This document shows, one piece after another, positions 55,849 to 64,000 of a stretch of 64,000 bases of DNA. How positions within the stretch are numbered: the stretch's first letter is position 1; each line of letters starts with the position of its first letter. The position numbers and the translations under genes were made by a program. The notes under the pieces were generated by a model that was not told the DNA's origin, did no database searches, and saw only the letters and a list, made by a program, of their open reading frames with translations. This stretch comes from a virus, in the IMG/VR virus record IMGVR_UViG_3300025316_000011, positions 1 through 64,000 of that record; one strand, given 5' to 3'.

Positions 55849-58800
55849 TTAATCGTATGAGATGTCAAAGTCACTGATTACACTCTTTAACTCTATATCC
55901 TGATCTCCTTCATAGACAAGGGTTACTTTTATCCATATACCTCTTAATTCGCTTGTAGTCTCATAGGCATCATTGTCCGCCGATGTTTGTATAATGACCG
56001 GAACGTGCCATTTGTGTTCAAGGTATTCTGCTACGTTCCAAAAATCACTACTCCCAAAACTATAATATCCCTCTTGGTATTGTGTCGTAAAGGTAATGGA
56101 ACTTAACGGCACGTTAGCCATTTCAATATCGAGACTGTTGATAATCTTAACCAATTCGGCTGCGCTTTCCTTTTCAGATACCCCATTGATGATAAATGAT
56201 ATTTTCGTCTGCTGTTTGTTCCCAAAGAACGTAGCAAAGTTAGGTGTGCCGTCAGCCTTTACCTTTTGATTATACAGATACACCCTGTTATCGGTAATGT
56301 AGTCAAATCCTACCCCGATATTCTTATATCTGCTGTGTTGACTGAAAAGCATGTTCCCCAACGTCAGGTACAAATGCTCTGCAAAAGGGTAGTCCCCTCT
56401 ATACCCGTCAATCTTTTCGGAAAAGATAATGGTTCGCATCAAATGACCATTCTCATAGGTAGGGATAGGAAGTAAAAAGGTCATACCTATTTCTTCATTG
56501 TCAATGTCTGCATAGGCTACAATTCCGCACCCGGATAACGGATCATCCGGTAAATCATCGGAAGCGTCACGGTACGGAGAATAGGCATCCGAAAGTTTGG
56601 TAAGTTCATCCTGGATAAATGCCCTCCCTGATACATCTTCCATGACAAGCCTTGCACCTCCAGACAACATACGTTCGGTGTTTATCTTCCACCATACGTT
56701 TTGAATGAAGTCATATCCGTATGTCCCCCGCGTTCCGTTGGTAATAGAACTTTTATGCTGTGTGCCAAACCATCCTATCTTTTCTATTTTATCTGAAAAG
56801 AAGGTAAGCGATGTACCGAGAATTACGTCCTGCCCCTGATTGGTCTGCCCTACTACTTCTTCATTGAAAAATATCTGGTTAGTCCCGTTTCGTTGAACTA
56901 TAAAGGCTTTTGACATGTTCTTTCCAATGTAGTTTATGTCCCCGTCCTCAATGGCGAAATCCTGATATGAGTTATCCTGAATTGACCTGTACCCGTCAAG
57001 GAATGCCCCCGCAATATGAGCATCAGAAGCGTAAACCCTGTTTGGTTTGTTCTGTTCAAAGACAGGCTGCGTTACATCGTAACCCTTATAAGTCTTATCT
57101 GACTTTACCTTGTTATACCCACTGTTGATCTGTAAGGCTTCTTCCATGTATTTCCCGGCTTCAATGGCAATAAATTGGTCAATGGTTATTCCGTCCACCA
57201 TGCACTTAGGGAAAAAGGTGTATTCGAGGTATTTGTCGGTAGTATTAGCGGCAATGACGTTATTCCTCATTCCGGCATTATACCTACATTCGACGGTAAC
57301 GCCAATCATAAAGCCATGCTGATACCAATAACAGTTCTTGTCAATGAAGTTACGGGCGTATCCGTCCTGCGTGCTACTGCAAATACTATTTTGAGCATCG
57401 CTATTGTTGTTGTGCGAAATATTGTACCACCTGTGGGTCCTGAACCATACCTTCTGAAGAAAACAATCCCCTTTAAAGCACTGATACATGCTACTGAAAT
57501 TGTTTATATCATCAAATGTCACAAGTTCAGATATGATATTATATTGAGTAAAGGTAGTCCCAAAAGAATCATTGGTAGCCTTTATCCAATCAGAATCCAT
57601 AGTGTTTTTATATACGCTGACAATGCAGGTTCTTTCTTGGTTGTTGTTGTAATTGTAAGGTGATGAAGGGTTGTATTTTGCGTATAAACCTCTCATGGTT
57701 TTGTCCGTCGAAATATCCTCAACTCCTATATAGGCGGAAGTACCAATATCCCGGTTCCAAATGTGAGAAAATGCTACAAATCCTATGTTCACTCCGTCAC
57801 CCGTAAGGTGTGAAGTGAAATTAAGATTTCCTTTACCCTGTAAATGTTCTACCCTTGTTGCACTTACCTTTATATCATCAGAGGAAATAAGATCATCAGC
57901 CAACGATATTGCGTTAGCCGCTGCCATTGGGTTAAGGTCTATCCCGTAGATAGAACTCGAAGCCTTACTTGTGCGGGGTAATACCTTTCTCGCTGCTGTA
58001 ATGATATATGGGTTTTCACCCGAAGGAGTAACGGCATCGAACTTAAACAATGGTTTGACCACTGCATTTGTCGGGACAATAATACCACCTTCATCAAACA
58101 GTAGGTCGGGGCAAAAGATACCATGTTTGTTCCCGTATGGATTAGGGGAGTTAAACATACTCTCTGTATATGCCCCTGCGATGTTATCCCACCGTGCAGG
58201 GAGGGTAATCTGATGTTTAGATGCTTCCACTATCCCACTGAAATTATAGGCAAAATACCCGTCAAATCCGGTAGGCTTGTAGTCCATACGTGGTGAAGGA
58301 GGGGTATGTGCTCCATAATCATCGGTGTAACCATAATAGGCATCAACATCTTCATGGACAGTAGGCATATATCCCCGGTAAAGCGGGATGATAGCTGCGG
58401 TCAATGGAAAGAATGTAGTAGTGTTGTTGGCGATATTATGTGTGTCAGGTTGAATGTCTCCTTGAAATGAACATGGGTAGCTTCTGTTTTCATCTGTTAC
58501 AGCAACACCATGATAACCATGTAATGATACTCCTTGACAGATAAAGTTGTCTATCCGGTCCGCCCTTGCAAAGTAAAAGCCCACAATGTCGGCAAAGTCA
58601 GTCTTATGATTGTTGTAGTAATCCCTTGCGTAAGCGGTCATAAAAGATACCCCTGTAATCCTATCCTGCTTTGGAAATGTACTACCTCCATACATGGATG
58701 CAGTAGCCCAATCTGCGAACTTATAAAGCCCCTTTTCGGTCAACTGACCAAGATTCCCCTGGCATGGGAACGCTTCTGAAATAGTCCCGTCAGAAAACTT

Positions 58801-60099
58801 GAAAACACATGCAAAAGGATATACCTGATCTTTGAAATAACCTACGTACTTATATACGTTTTCCGACACCGAATAGGCTGTTAACCCTCCGTTGACGGCA
58901 TCATTGATATTTGTTGAAGCAAAATATTCATCATGGTAAAATTCACCTATTACGACCTTGCTGGCAAAGGATATAAGACTATCCCTTTTATAACTCAACG
59001 CTGACCGTTTCACGTTAGCCTTTAAAAGACGTTTCTCTATCTGTGTTTGAGTTTTAGAGATAGGATAAGGGAATGGTTCTTTTAGTATTTCTGTGTATAA
59101 CAGGCTTTCCTGTGGCTCGTCACCGTAAATGGAAAATTGACTTGACGTGCCGGAAATAGGATAGTAGTTTCCGATAAGCCATATATCCCGTTGTGCGGGG
59201 CCATTCTCCGTTGTGGCACTATAACGGACAACTCCTACCTGAATATAGGAAAAATTAGGATCGAGATTGTCAATGTTTACGTCAATCCTTTTGTTGGTCA
59301 CATTGTCTATACCCGTAGTCCAGTTCTTTTCCTGATAACCTACATGGTACTTAGGGACATTCCCAACATCAATGCTCAGCGGTCCTATCTCTTTTACGAA
59401 ATTTGTTTTCCCGTAATTATAGGTGAGATAGCGGATATACAGGTATATGTTCCCCGGCTTTAAATACCCTCCATCAACAACCTGAACATCGTTTACCTTT
59501 ATCTCCTTATTAGTGAATGGAACATGGTTTAATGCCCCGTCAAAGTTACTTAAATACACATAACGGGGTACGGATTCCCCCGTCACCTTAAATCCATTAT
59601 TGATTACCCTGTCGGGATTGTAGTTATCAATGAAATACAGGTCAACGGTGTTGTCGTAAGACTTTTTAGCAACGACATCGACCTGGTGGTGTATGCTGAA
59701 ATTGAATTTTGTAGTCCTTAACGGAAATGGACCATACGGCGGAGCATTCCCAGCTACGGGCATCCCTCCCCCTAAATTTAGCAACGGGAAATAGTATTTA
59801 CTGAAACCTGCCGTTGCCCTGTTTGGAGTAGGATATGTCCCTATCTCTCCTTCTCCCGTAAGTTGATTTAAGGAAAAGATATAAGCCACTCCTTCAAGTT
59901 CACAACCCCCGATGATTTCAAAGCCTTCGGTAATATCAAAAAATTCCACGTTCCCCGGAACAACGGTAGCAATAAGTCCCTTCCCTGCTTTATTGAATAC
60001 CCTTATTCCAACGGTAGGAAATACAATGATGTCTCCCTTAATGTCGGATACGTCAATGTCTGATATTATGTTCCCCGAAAACTTATTTATCTGCTTCAT
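55849..60099 (-). CDS. tail stabilisation/muzzle protein (crAss-like)
   Basis: 1416 aa; N.FSG...D.D start, LYFIDNYNPDRVIN, GYFKDQVYPF, FKGDCF, FGTQHKSS, ELRGIWIKV C-terminus. Confidence 0.8.
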   Translation of the reverse strand: MKQINKFSGNIISDIDVSDIKGDIIVFPTVGIRVFNKAGKGLIATVVPGNVEFFDITEGFEIIGGCELEGVAYIFSLNQLTGEGEIGTYPTPNRATAGFSKYYFPLLNLGGGMPVAGNAPPYGPFPLRTTKFNFSIHHQVDVVAKKSYDNTVDLYFIDNYNPDRVINNGFKVTGESVPRYVYLSNFDGALNHVPFTNKEIKVNDVQVVDGGYLKPGNIYLYIRYLTYNYGKTNFVKEIGPLSIDVGNVPKYHVGYQEKNWTTGIDNVTNKRIDVNIDNLDPNFSYIQVGVVRYSATTENGPAQRDIWLIGNYYPISGTSSQFSIYGDEPQESLLYTEILKEPFPYPISKTQTQIEKRLLKANVKRSALSYKRDSLISFASKVVIGEFYHDEYFASTNINDAVNGGLTAYSVSENVYKYVGYFKDQVYPFACVFKFSDGTISEAFPCQGNLGQLTEKGLYKFADWATASMYGGSTFPKQDRITGVSFMTAYARDYYNNHKTDFADIVGFYFARADRIDNFICQGVSLHGYHGVAVTDENRSYPCSFQGDIQPDTHNIANNTTTFFPLTAAIIPLYRGYMPTVHEDVDAYYGYTDDYGAHTPPSPRMDYKPTGFDGYFAYNFSGIVEASKHQITLPARWDNIAGAYTESMFNSPNPYGNKHGIFCPDLLFDEGGIIVPTNAVVKPLFKFDAVTPSGENPYIITAARKVLPRTSKASSSIYGIDLNPMAAANAISLADDLISSDDIKVSATRVEHLQGKGNLNFTSHLTGDGVNIGFVAFSHIWNRDIGTSAYIGVEDISTDKTMRGLYAKYNPSSPYNYNNNQERTCIVSVYKNTMDSDWIKATNDSFGTTFTQYNIISELVTFDDINNFSSMYQCFKGDCFLQKVWFRTHRWYNISHNNNSDAQNSICSSTQDGYARNFIDKNCYWYQHGFMIGVTVECRYNAGMRNNVIAANTTDKYLEYTFFPKCMVDGITIDQFIAIEAGKYMEEALQINSGYNKVKSDKTYKGYDVTQPVFEQNKPNRVYASDAHIAGAFLDGYRSIQDNSYQDFAIEDGDINYIGKNMSKAFIVQRNGTNQIFFNEEVVGQTNQGQDVILGTSLTFFSDKIEKIGWFGTQHKSSITNGTRGTYGYDFIQNVWWKINTERMLSGGARLVMEDVSGRAFIQDELTKLSDAYSPYRDASDDLPDDPLSGCGIVAYADIDNEEIGMTFLLPIPTYENGHLMRTIIFSEKIDGYRGDYPFAEHLYLTLGNMLFSQHSRYKNIGVGFDYITDNRVYLYNQKVKADGTPNFATFFGNKQQTKISFIINGVSEKESAAELVKIINSLDIEMANVPLSSITFTTQYQEGYYSFGSSDFWNVAEYLEHKWHVPVIIQTSADNDAYETTSELRGIWIKVTLVYEGDQDIELKSVISDFDISYD

Positions 60100-61481
60100 C
60101 TTGTGATAGTCTTTAGGAAACGATTAACTTTTGCAGGGACTACTATGGGTTCGGGTTTCTTTTCTTCGGGTTCCTTTTCTGGTTCTTTTGCCGGTGCCGT
60201 CGGTTTATCTGAATAGAAGTTTACACCAAGTTTATCCATCAACTCAATATGGTCAAAAACTTCATCGAGTTTGTCACTCGGAAAGTCCAAATGTCTTGTT
60301 TTAACATCGCCGATTATCCCTTTTACATTCTCAATAGCTTCTTCAAGTGTGTTTCCGCAAGCGACTACCGCACCAATTTCCTGTAATTTATATGGTTGTG
60401 GAATTACCCTTGGAACTCCGTCAATGACAACGTAGTTTTTAAGGAAAACGTTGTTCCGGTACTTTTCATGTATTTCGACGGAAATAAAATGATCTTCTGA
60501 AAATTCAGAATGGATGATAACCTGAACACCAAACTTGTACTTGGTTATAGGTTCCACAATTTGTCCCATTCCCAATCCCATGTAAATATCGGCAATGTTC
60601 TCATACATATACTGCATAAGTTCTACCGGAGGATGTGGCATTCTGCATGTTGAATCAATAAAATAAGGTTTTTTCTCTTTACCGTACCGGATTTCGGTTG
60701 AAAAGTGTTGTTGGTATCCAACTGCGGAAAAGGCTTCGGTAAATGCCGTGTTAATAACCTTAATAGGTTCAGGAACGTCTTTTATGTTGATAAACTTTGC
60801 CGTATAGGAACAGTCCTTTGTCTCAATACCACAAAGCATATTTTCGGCAAATTTACCCCCTGCGAAGAAAGTGTCACACCCAAATTCAACCATATCATCA
60901 TCCCCAATCGGGTCCTGTACGAGAAATTCAATCTGTTCACGTAAGTCACCTAACCTGTAAGAAATATCATCCAATTCACTTGCTGAAATCCTTTCGTTGA
61001 TATACTGCATGGTTTCAGTAATGCCACGGAGATTTGATATTTTGATAAACTTCTTCTCCTTGTCTTTAAGGTACTCCCGTAACTTAGTTATGCCTTTAAT
61101 TGGAGTAAAGTCATTAACGGGTAATCCTTTTGATTTAAGGAACTCTTGTAAATAACTACGGTCAAGTTCAAACTTTTTGCCGTAGAATGAAGAAACAACG
61201 TGTTTCCCTATTTTCCGTAAATGGTCGGCTAAGTCTCCATCATAAACATCGGTAAATATGATAAGGTCCACCGTCTCATTATCTATAACCTTCCATAAGT
61301 CCTCAACCTTCTCAACTCCCGGAATGCCTACCCCAATGAATCGTGGATTATAGTCAGGAAATCCCGATTGTGTCCAAGGTGTAAAGTAATACACCTTTTT
61401 GAACTTAGGAACAAGTAAACGGGCAAGTTCACAACTCGACCCGTTATCATAAATCAACACAACCGCTTCTTTCGTTATCAT
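60096..61481 (-). CDS. ATP-grasp ligase, PurD (phosphoribosylamine-glycine ligase)-like
   Basis: FELDR...KGLP, FIKIS, FLVQDPI...EFGCD, FSTEIR...YFIDSTCRMPHP, C-terminal IGAVVACGNTLEEA. Confidence 0.8.
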   Translation of the reverse strand: MITKEAVVLIYDNGSSCELARLLVPKFKKVYYFTPWTQSGFPDYNPRFIGVGIPGVEKVEDLWKVIDNETVDLIIFTDVYDGDLADHLRKIGKHVVSSFYGKKFELDRSYLQEFLKSKGLPVNDFTPIKGITKLREYLKDKEKKFIKISNLRGITETMQYINERISASELDDISYRLGDLREQIEFLVQDPIGDDDMVEFGCDTFFAGGKFAENMLCGIETKDCSYTAKFINIKDVPEPIKVINTAFTEAFSAVGYQQHFSTEIRYGKEKKPYFIDSTCRMPHPPVELMQYMYENIADIYMGLGMGQIVEPITKYKFGVQVIIHSEFSEDHFISVEIHEKYRNNVFLKNYVVIDGVPRVIPQPYKLQEIGAVVACGNTLEEAIENVKGIIGDVKTRHLDFPSDKLDEVFDHIELMDKLGVNFYSDKPTAPAKEPEKEPEEKKPEPIVVPAKVNRFLKTITR

Positions 61482-61873
61482 AAGGTCATTACAGTTTCAT
61501 TGTGGCCATTCCATGAAATCCCCATAAATCCGCAAAGCATCATTTCGATAGAAGTAGCAAGTGCGTGCATGTTCATATATGGACACCTTGGATCAAAACC
61601 AGGTTCATCAATATCGCTATGAAGCCATTCTTCTCGTTCCTTTTCGTAAGCAAGATCAAAGTCCATTATATCCTGTTCTTTAATCTTATAAAAATCTGTA
61701 GTAATCCATTCCGCAAGTTCATGCAAAGCCACAAGGCAATTATTTACTGTATGCGGCATCTTGGACACCCGGATTTGTAAAGTATCTCCTTCAATCCAAT
61801 AGTCCCCACACGTTGAGTAACGCTGACTTTCGTGAGGGATGAACTCAATATTTATCCGGTTGATTTCTGTCAT
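61478..61873 (-). CDS. putative metallopeptidase-like protein (HExxE...H)
   Basis: IPH..QRY.TCGDY, VALHELAE, EPG.DP.CPY...HALAT.IE. Confidence 0.55.
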   Translation of the reverse strand: MTEINRINIEFIPHESQRYSTCGDYWIEGDTLQIRVSKMPHTVNNCLVALHELAEWITTDFYKIKEQDIMDFDLAYEKEREEWLHSDIDEPGFDPRCPYMNMHALATSIEMMLCGFMGISWNGHNETVMTL

Positions 61874-62205
61874 TGCTGCGGTTCATTTTCAGGTTGTCCC
61901 GGCTGCTGACCCTGCTGACCTCCACCTTGGCTGAATACCCCCACGATCATCTGTACCAGCTTTTTCACATCGTCAGGCTGTTTGATACTCATGTTACCAA
62001 GCGGTTGAGACTGACCATTAGCATTCACCGCAATGGTTACATCAACGGATATGCCCCCGCCCTGCCCCGGCTGTTGACCCTGTGTAGGTCCACCTTGTCC
62101 CGGCTGCATAGGCTGTTGTCCCCCCTGCGGAGCCGACATATCGGCATTTACCAATCCATTAGCGGCACAATTCTTAGATTTCTTTTTAGTGGTTTTGTAT
62201 TTCAT
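61870..62205 (-). CDS. small protein with a basic N-terminus and Gln/Gly/Pro-rich repeats
   Basis: MKYKTTKKKSKN...QGGQQPMQPGQGG; part of ORF 61870..62286 with ATG at 62205. Confidence 0.7.
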   Translation of the reverse strand: MKYKTTKKKSKNCAANGLVNADMSAPQGGQQPMQPGQGGPTQGQQPGQGGGISVDVTIAVNANGQSQPLGNMSIKQPDDVKKLVQMIVGVFSQGGGQQGQQPGQPENEPQQ

Positions 62206-62209
62206 GGTG

Positions 62210-63514
62210 TTACATTTTAAAAAGGTTGCTGACAAAATTAACGTCCCCGGCAAGGTCTGGCTTGTTGTATAACTGCATCCAATCATCCATGTTTGGGGTG
62301 TCCTGCTCTATGCCTTCCCCTGCTGATCGTGTGCCTGTTGTTGGTGTCTTTGGTAATGGCTTGTTTAAACTTGGCAAAGTGGTCCGCTGAACCGGGAATA
62401 AAGTAGTTTTCCCCGGTATCTCCAACTCCCTGTTTGACTTCTGATAACTTGTCATATCAGCCAACGAAGGAGTTAGATTCTGCGGTAATCCCGGTGGGGT
62501 CATTTTGGATTTGTATGACGGGTCAAACCATCTCCTTATTTCCCCTACCGTTATCTGCTGATCTTTGTCAACGTCAATGGCAGGGTTTAATTTGGCTAAC
62601 TTTGCTCTTGATTGTTGGTCCGTCCCAATAGCGTAATCATCCGATTTACCTAATGCAGCGGGATACATATTCGCTATGTAAAGGTCCGATGGTTGTTTTA
62701 TCTTGTCTTTATACTGGTTCCAATATTTAAAGGCAAAAGGCAACTGCTCGGATGCTGTCATGTGCCGCAGTTCTTCGGCAGAAGTCCCCATAGCTTTTGC
62801 CGTGGAATCAATCATCTGAACGATACCGCTTGCGGACCCATGTGGATTATGTGCGGAGGAATCACCACCGCTTTCGATATGAATAAGCCTGTTAACCCAA
62901 TCCTTGTTTATCCCTGATTTCTTGGATAAAGATTCGAGGACGGAGTTAAATTCAGGATCATCCATTGCTTGATGTTTTACACCACCAGCGGCAAATACTT
63001 TTCTTGGTTGATCGTCAGCGGCAGAATATGGGTCCATTAAGGCGGTGCTTGCTCCACCACTTGCATTCTTAATCCCATTCTTACCTTTGGGACTTTGCAT
63101 TTTATATTTAAACTGTTGTTTATCCCCTAACTCACTCCATGTAGGATTATCAATAATAGTATCATTTGATCCTTTTTTACGATATTCCCTAACGTCCCCG
63201 AAATTAACACCTTTTGCTGATGAAGGATATTCTCTCATTTCTGCACCCGGACCCATTGGCACCCATTCATAAGGTGTTGGGACCATGCTTTTCATTGGAT
63301 GCCTTAACAACGTATTGTTATTGGATGAGGGGATTCCTGTTGATAGAATAGGCTGCATTGGGATTAATGAGTTTGATGATAAATCAATATCATTAACAAT
63401 CCCACCCGCTGCTTTATGCGAAGAATATTTTGCCCCGCCAATCTGCCTTTTTTTGGCATTTAGCAGGTCCATCCGGTTTCCGGTAGTGCTTTTCTTGCGT
63501 TTATGGGAGTACAT
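62210..63514 (-). CDS. lytic transglycosylase (SLT/lysozyme-like) domain protein with disordered flanks
   Basis: LIHIESGGD..AHN...ASGIVQMIDSTA...EQL; NPAIDVDKDQQIT. Confidence 0.85.
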   Translation of the reverse strand: MYSHKRKKSTTGNRMDLLNAKKRQIGGAKYSSHKAAGGIVNDIDLSSNSLIPMQPILSTGIPSSNNNTLLRHPMKSMVPTPYEWVPMGPGAEMREYPSSAKGVNFGDVREYRKKGSNDTIIDNPTWSELGDKQQFKYKMQSPKGKNGIKNASGGASTALMDPYSAADDQPRKVFAAGGVKHQAMDDPEFNSVLESLSKKSGINKDWVNRLIHIESGGDSSAHNPHGSASGIVQMIDSTAKAMGTSAEELRHMTASEQLPFAFKYWNQYKDKIKQPSDLYIANMYPAALGKSDDYAIGTDQQSRAKLAKLNPAIDVDKDQQITVGEIRRWFDPSYKSKMTPPGLPQNLTPSLADMTSYQKSNRELEIPGKTTLFPVQRTTLPSLNKPLPKTPTTGTRSAGEGIEQDTPNMDDWMQLYNKPDLAGDVNFVSNLFKM

Positions 63515-64000
63515 GCCTTACGTGGTGTTTTACTTCATCCGACAATAACCATAACTTAGCGGGTTGAGGAAATTCATCAAAGGTAATCTTCATCTCCTGG
63601 TTAAGTTCATCCCGTGTCTTAAACTGTAACGAGTAACATTGTGCTGCCAATATCTCGTTTTCTTTGTTCAACTTTACTTCCTGCCAAAAGTTAGCATTGA
63701 TTTTTCCCGTCCCGAAGTCTGAAAACAACGCATTATACACACAGAACCATTCACATGCTAATTCGTGACCACGTTGTATTAACGGCTCCCCCGTTTCCAT
63801 GTCAATAGGGGACCCGTAGTAGTCGATTAACGGGTTGGTGACTTTATCCCTTGGGTTGAAGATTAAGTATGAGCCTAAGTCGTTAAACTTAACTCTACCA
63901 CCATTCCCGTGGCTGCCATGTTCGGTATAAACATCAACGATACGGTAAGTATTACACGGGACCCGCGCTTTATCGTTATAAACCTTTAACGGGACTTGTG
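63501..64000 (-). CDS. tail ring (tubular) protein, 5' end outside the window
   Basis: Frame is open to the window edge (...ARVPCNTYRI...IDYYGSPIDMETGEPLI...ACEWF); motif and position match crAss-like ring proteins. Confidence 0.65.
   Translation of the reverse strand, partial: QVPLKVYNDKARVPCNTYRIVDVYTEHGSHGNGGRVKFNDLGSYLIFNPRDKVTNPLIDYYGSPIDMETGEPLIQRGHELACEWFCVYNALFSDFGTGKINANFWQEVKLNKENEILAAQCYSLQFKTRDELNQEMKITFDEFPQPAKLWLLSDEVKHHVRHVLP

Noticed and set aside
36772-60099. Inteins or introns in the giant cargo and muzzle genes
   Set aside because: ORFs are continuous and I recognised no splice-junction or homing-endonuclease motifs
60096-61481. Calling the ATP-grasp gene purD (auxiliary purine metabolism)
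   Set aside because: Lacks the N-terminal GxGGRE motif of true PurD, has no pathway partners, and sits in the virion operon
36800-63548. Many short + strand ORFs opposite the structural genes
   Set aside because: Antisense shadows of long - strand genes with no recognisable motifs
1-64000. Stop-codon reassignment as in some crAss-like phages
   Set aside because: Long intact ORFs (up to 4884 aa) under the standard code, and both TAG and TGA end genes at sensible boundaries

Overview
This window is a 64-kb segment of a crAss-like (Crassvirales-related) podophage, most likely infecting Bacteroidota. Host evidence: TTTG-N~20-TAnnTTTG promoters, AT-rich start contexts lacking Shine-Dalgarno sequences, and signal peptides with Gln at +1. 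The genetic code appears standard. The + strand block (about 126-26430) holds accessory, early, DNA-modification and replication/recombination genes: a helicase-methyltransferase fusion, a tnpB-only IS200/IS605 element, a DnaA C-terminal domain protein, a DnaB-like helicase, a PD-(D/E)xK nuclease, an SMC-like ATPase, a C5 methyltransferase with a nested second subunit, and a PAPS-reductase-like gene. It converges at about 26.5 kb on a - strand virion block: partial ring protein, lytic transglycosylase, ATP-grasp ligase, muzzle, cargo proteins, GroES, a 4884-aa polyvalent ejection protein, tail hub/fibre genes and lysis membrane proteins. The most unusual signals are (1) three tail-fibre-module genes with Sec signal peptides and dense Bacteroidota O-glycosylation sequons; (2) a PurD-like ATP-grasp ligase plus putative metallopeptidase module inserted between ring and muzzle genes; (3) a giant cargo protein in which I see no RNA-polymerase catalytic motif, together with host-type promoters in the late region; (4) an anticodon-less tRNA-like element; (5) an alternative-frame methyltransferase subunit. 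All calls come from reading motifs by eye; no database searches were run.
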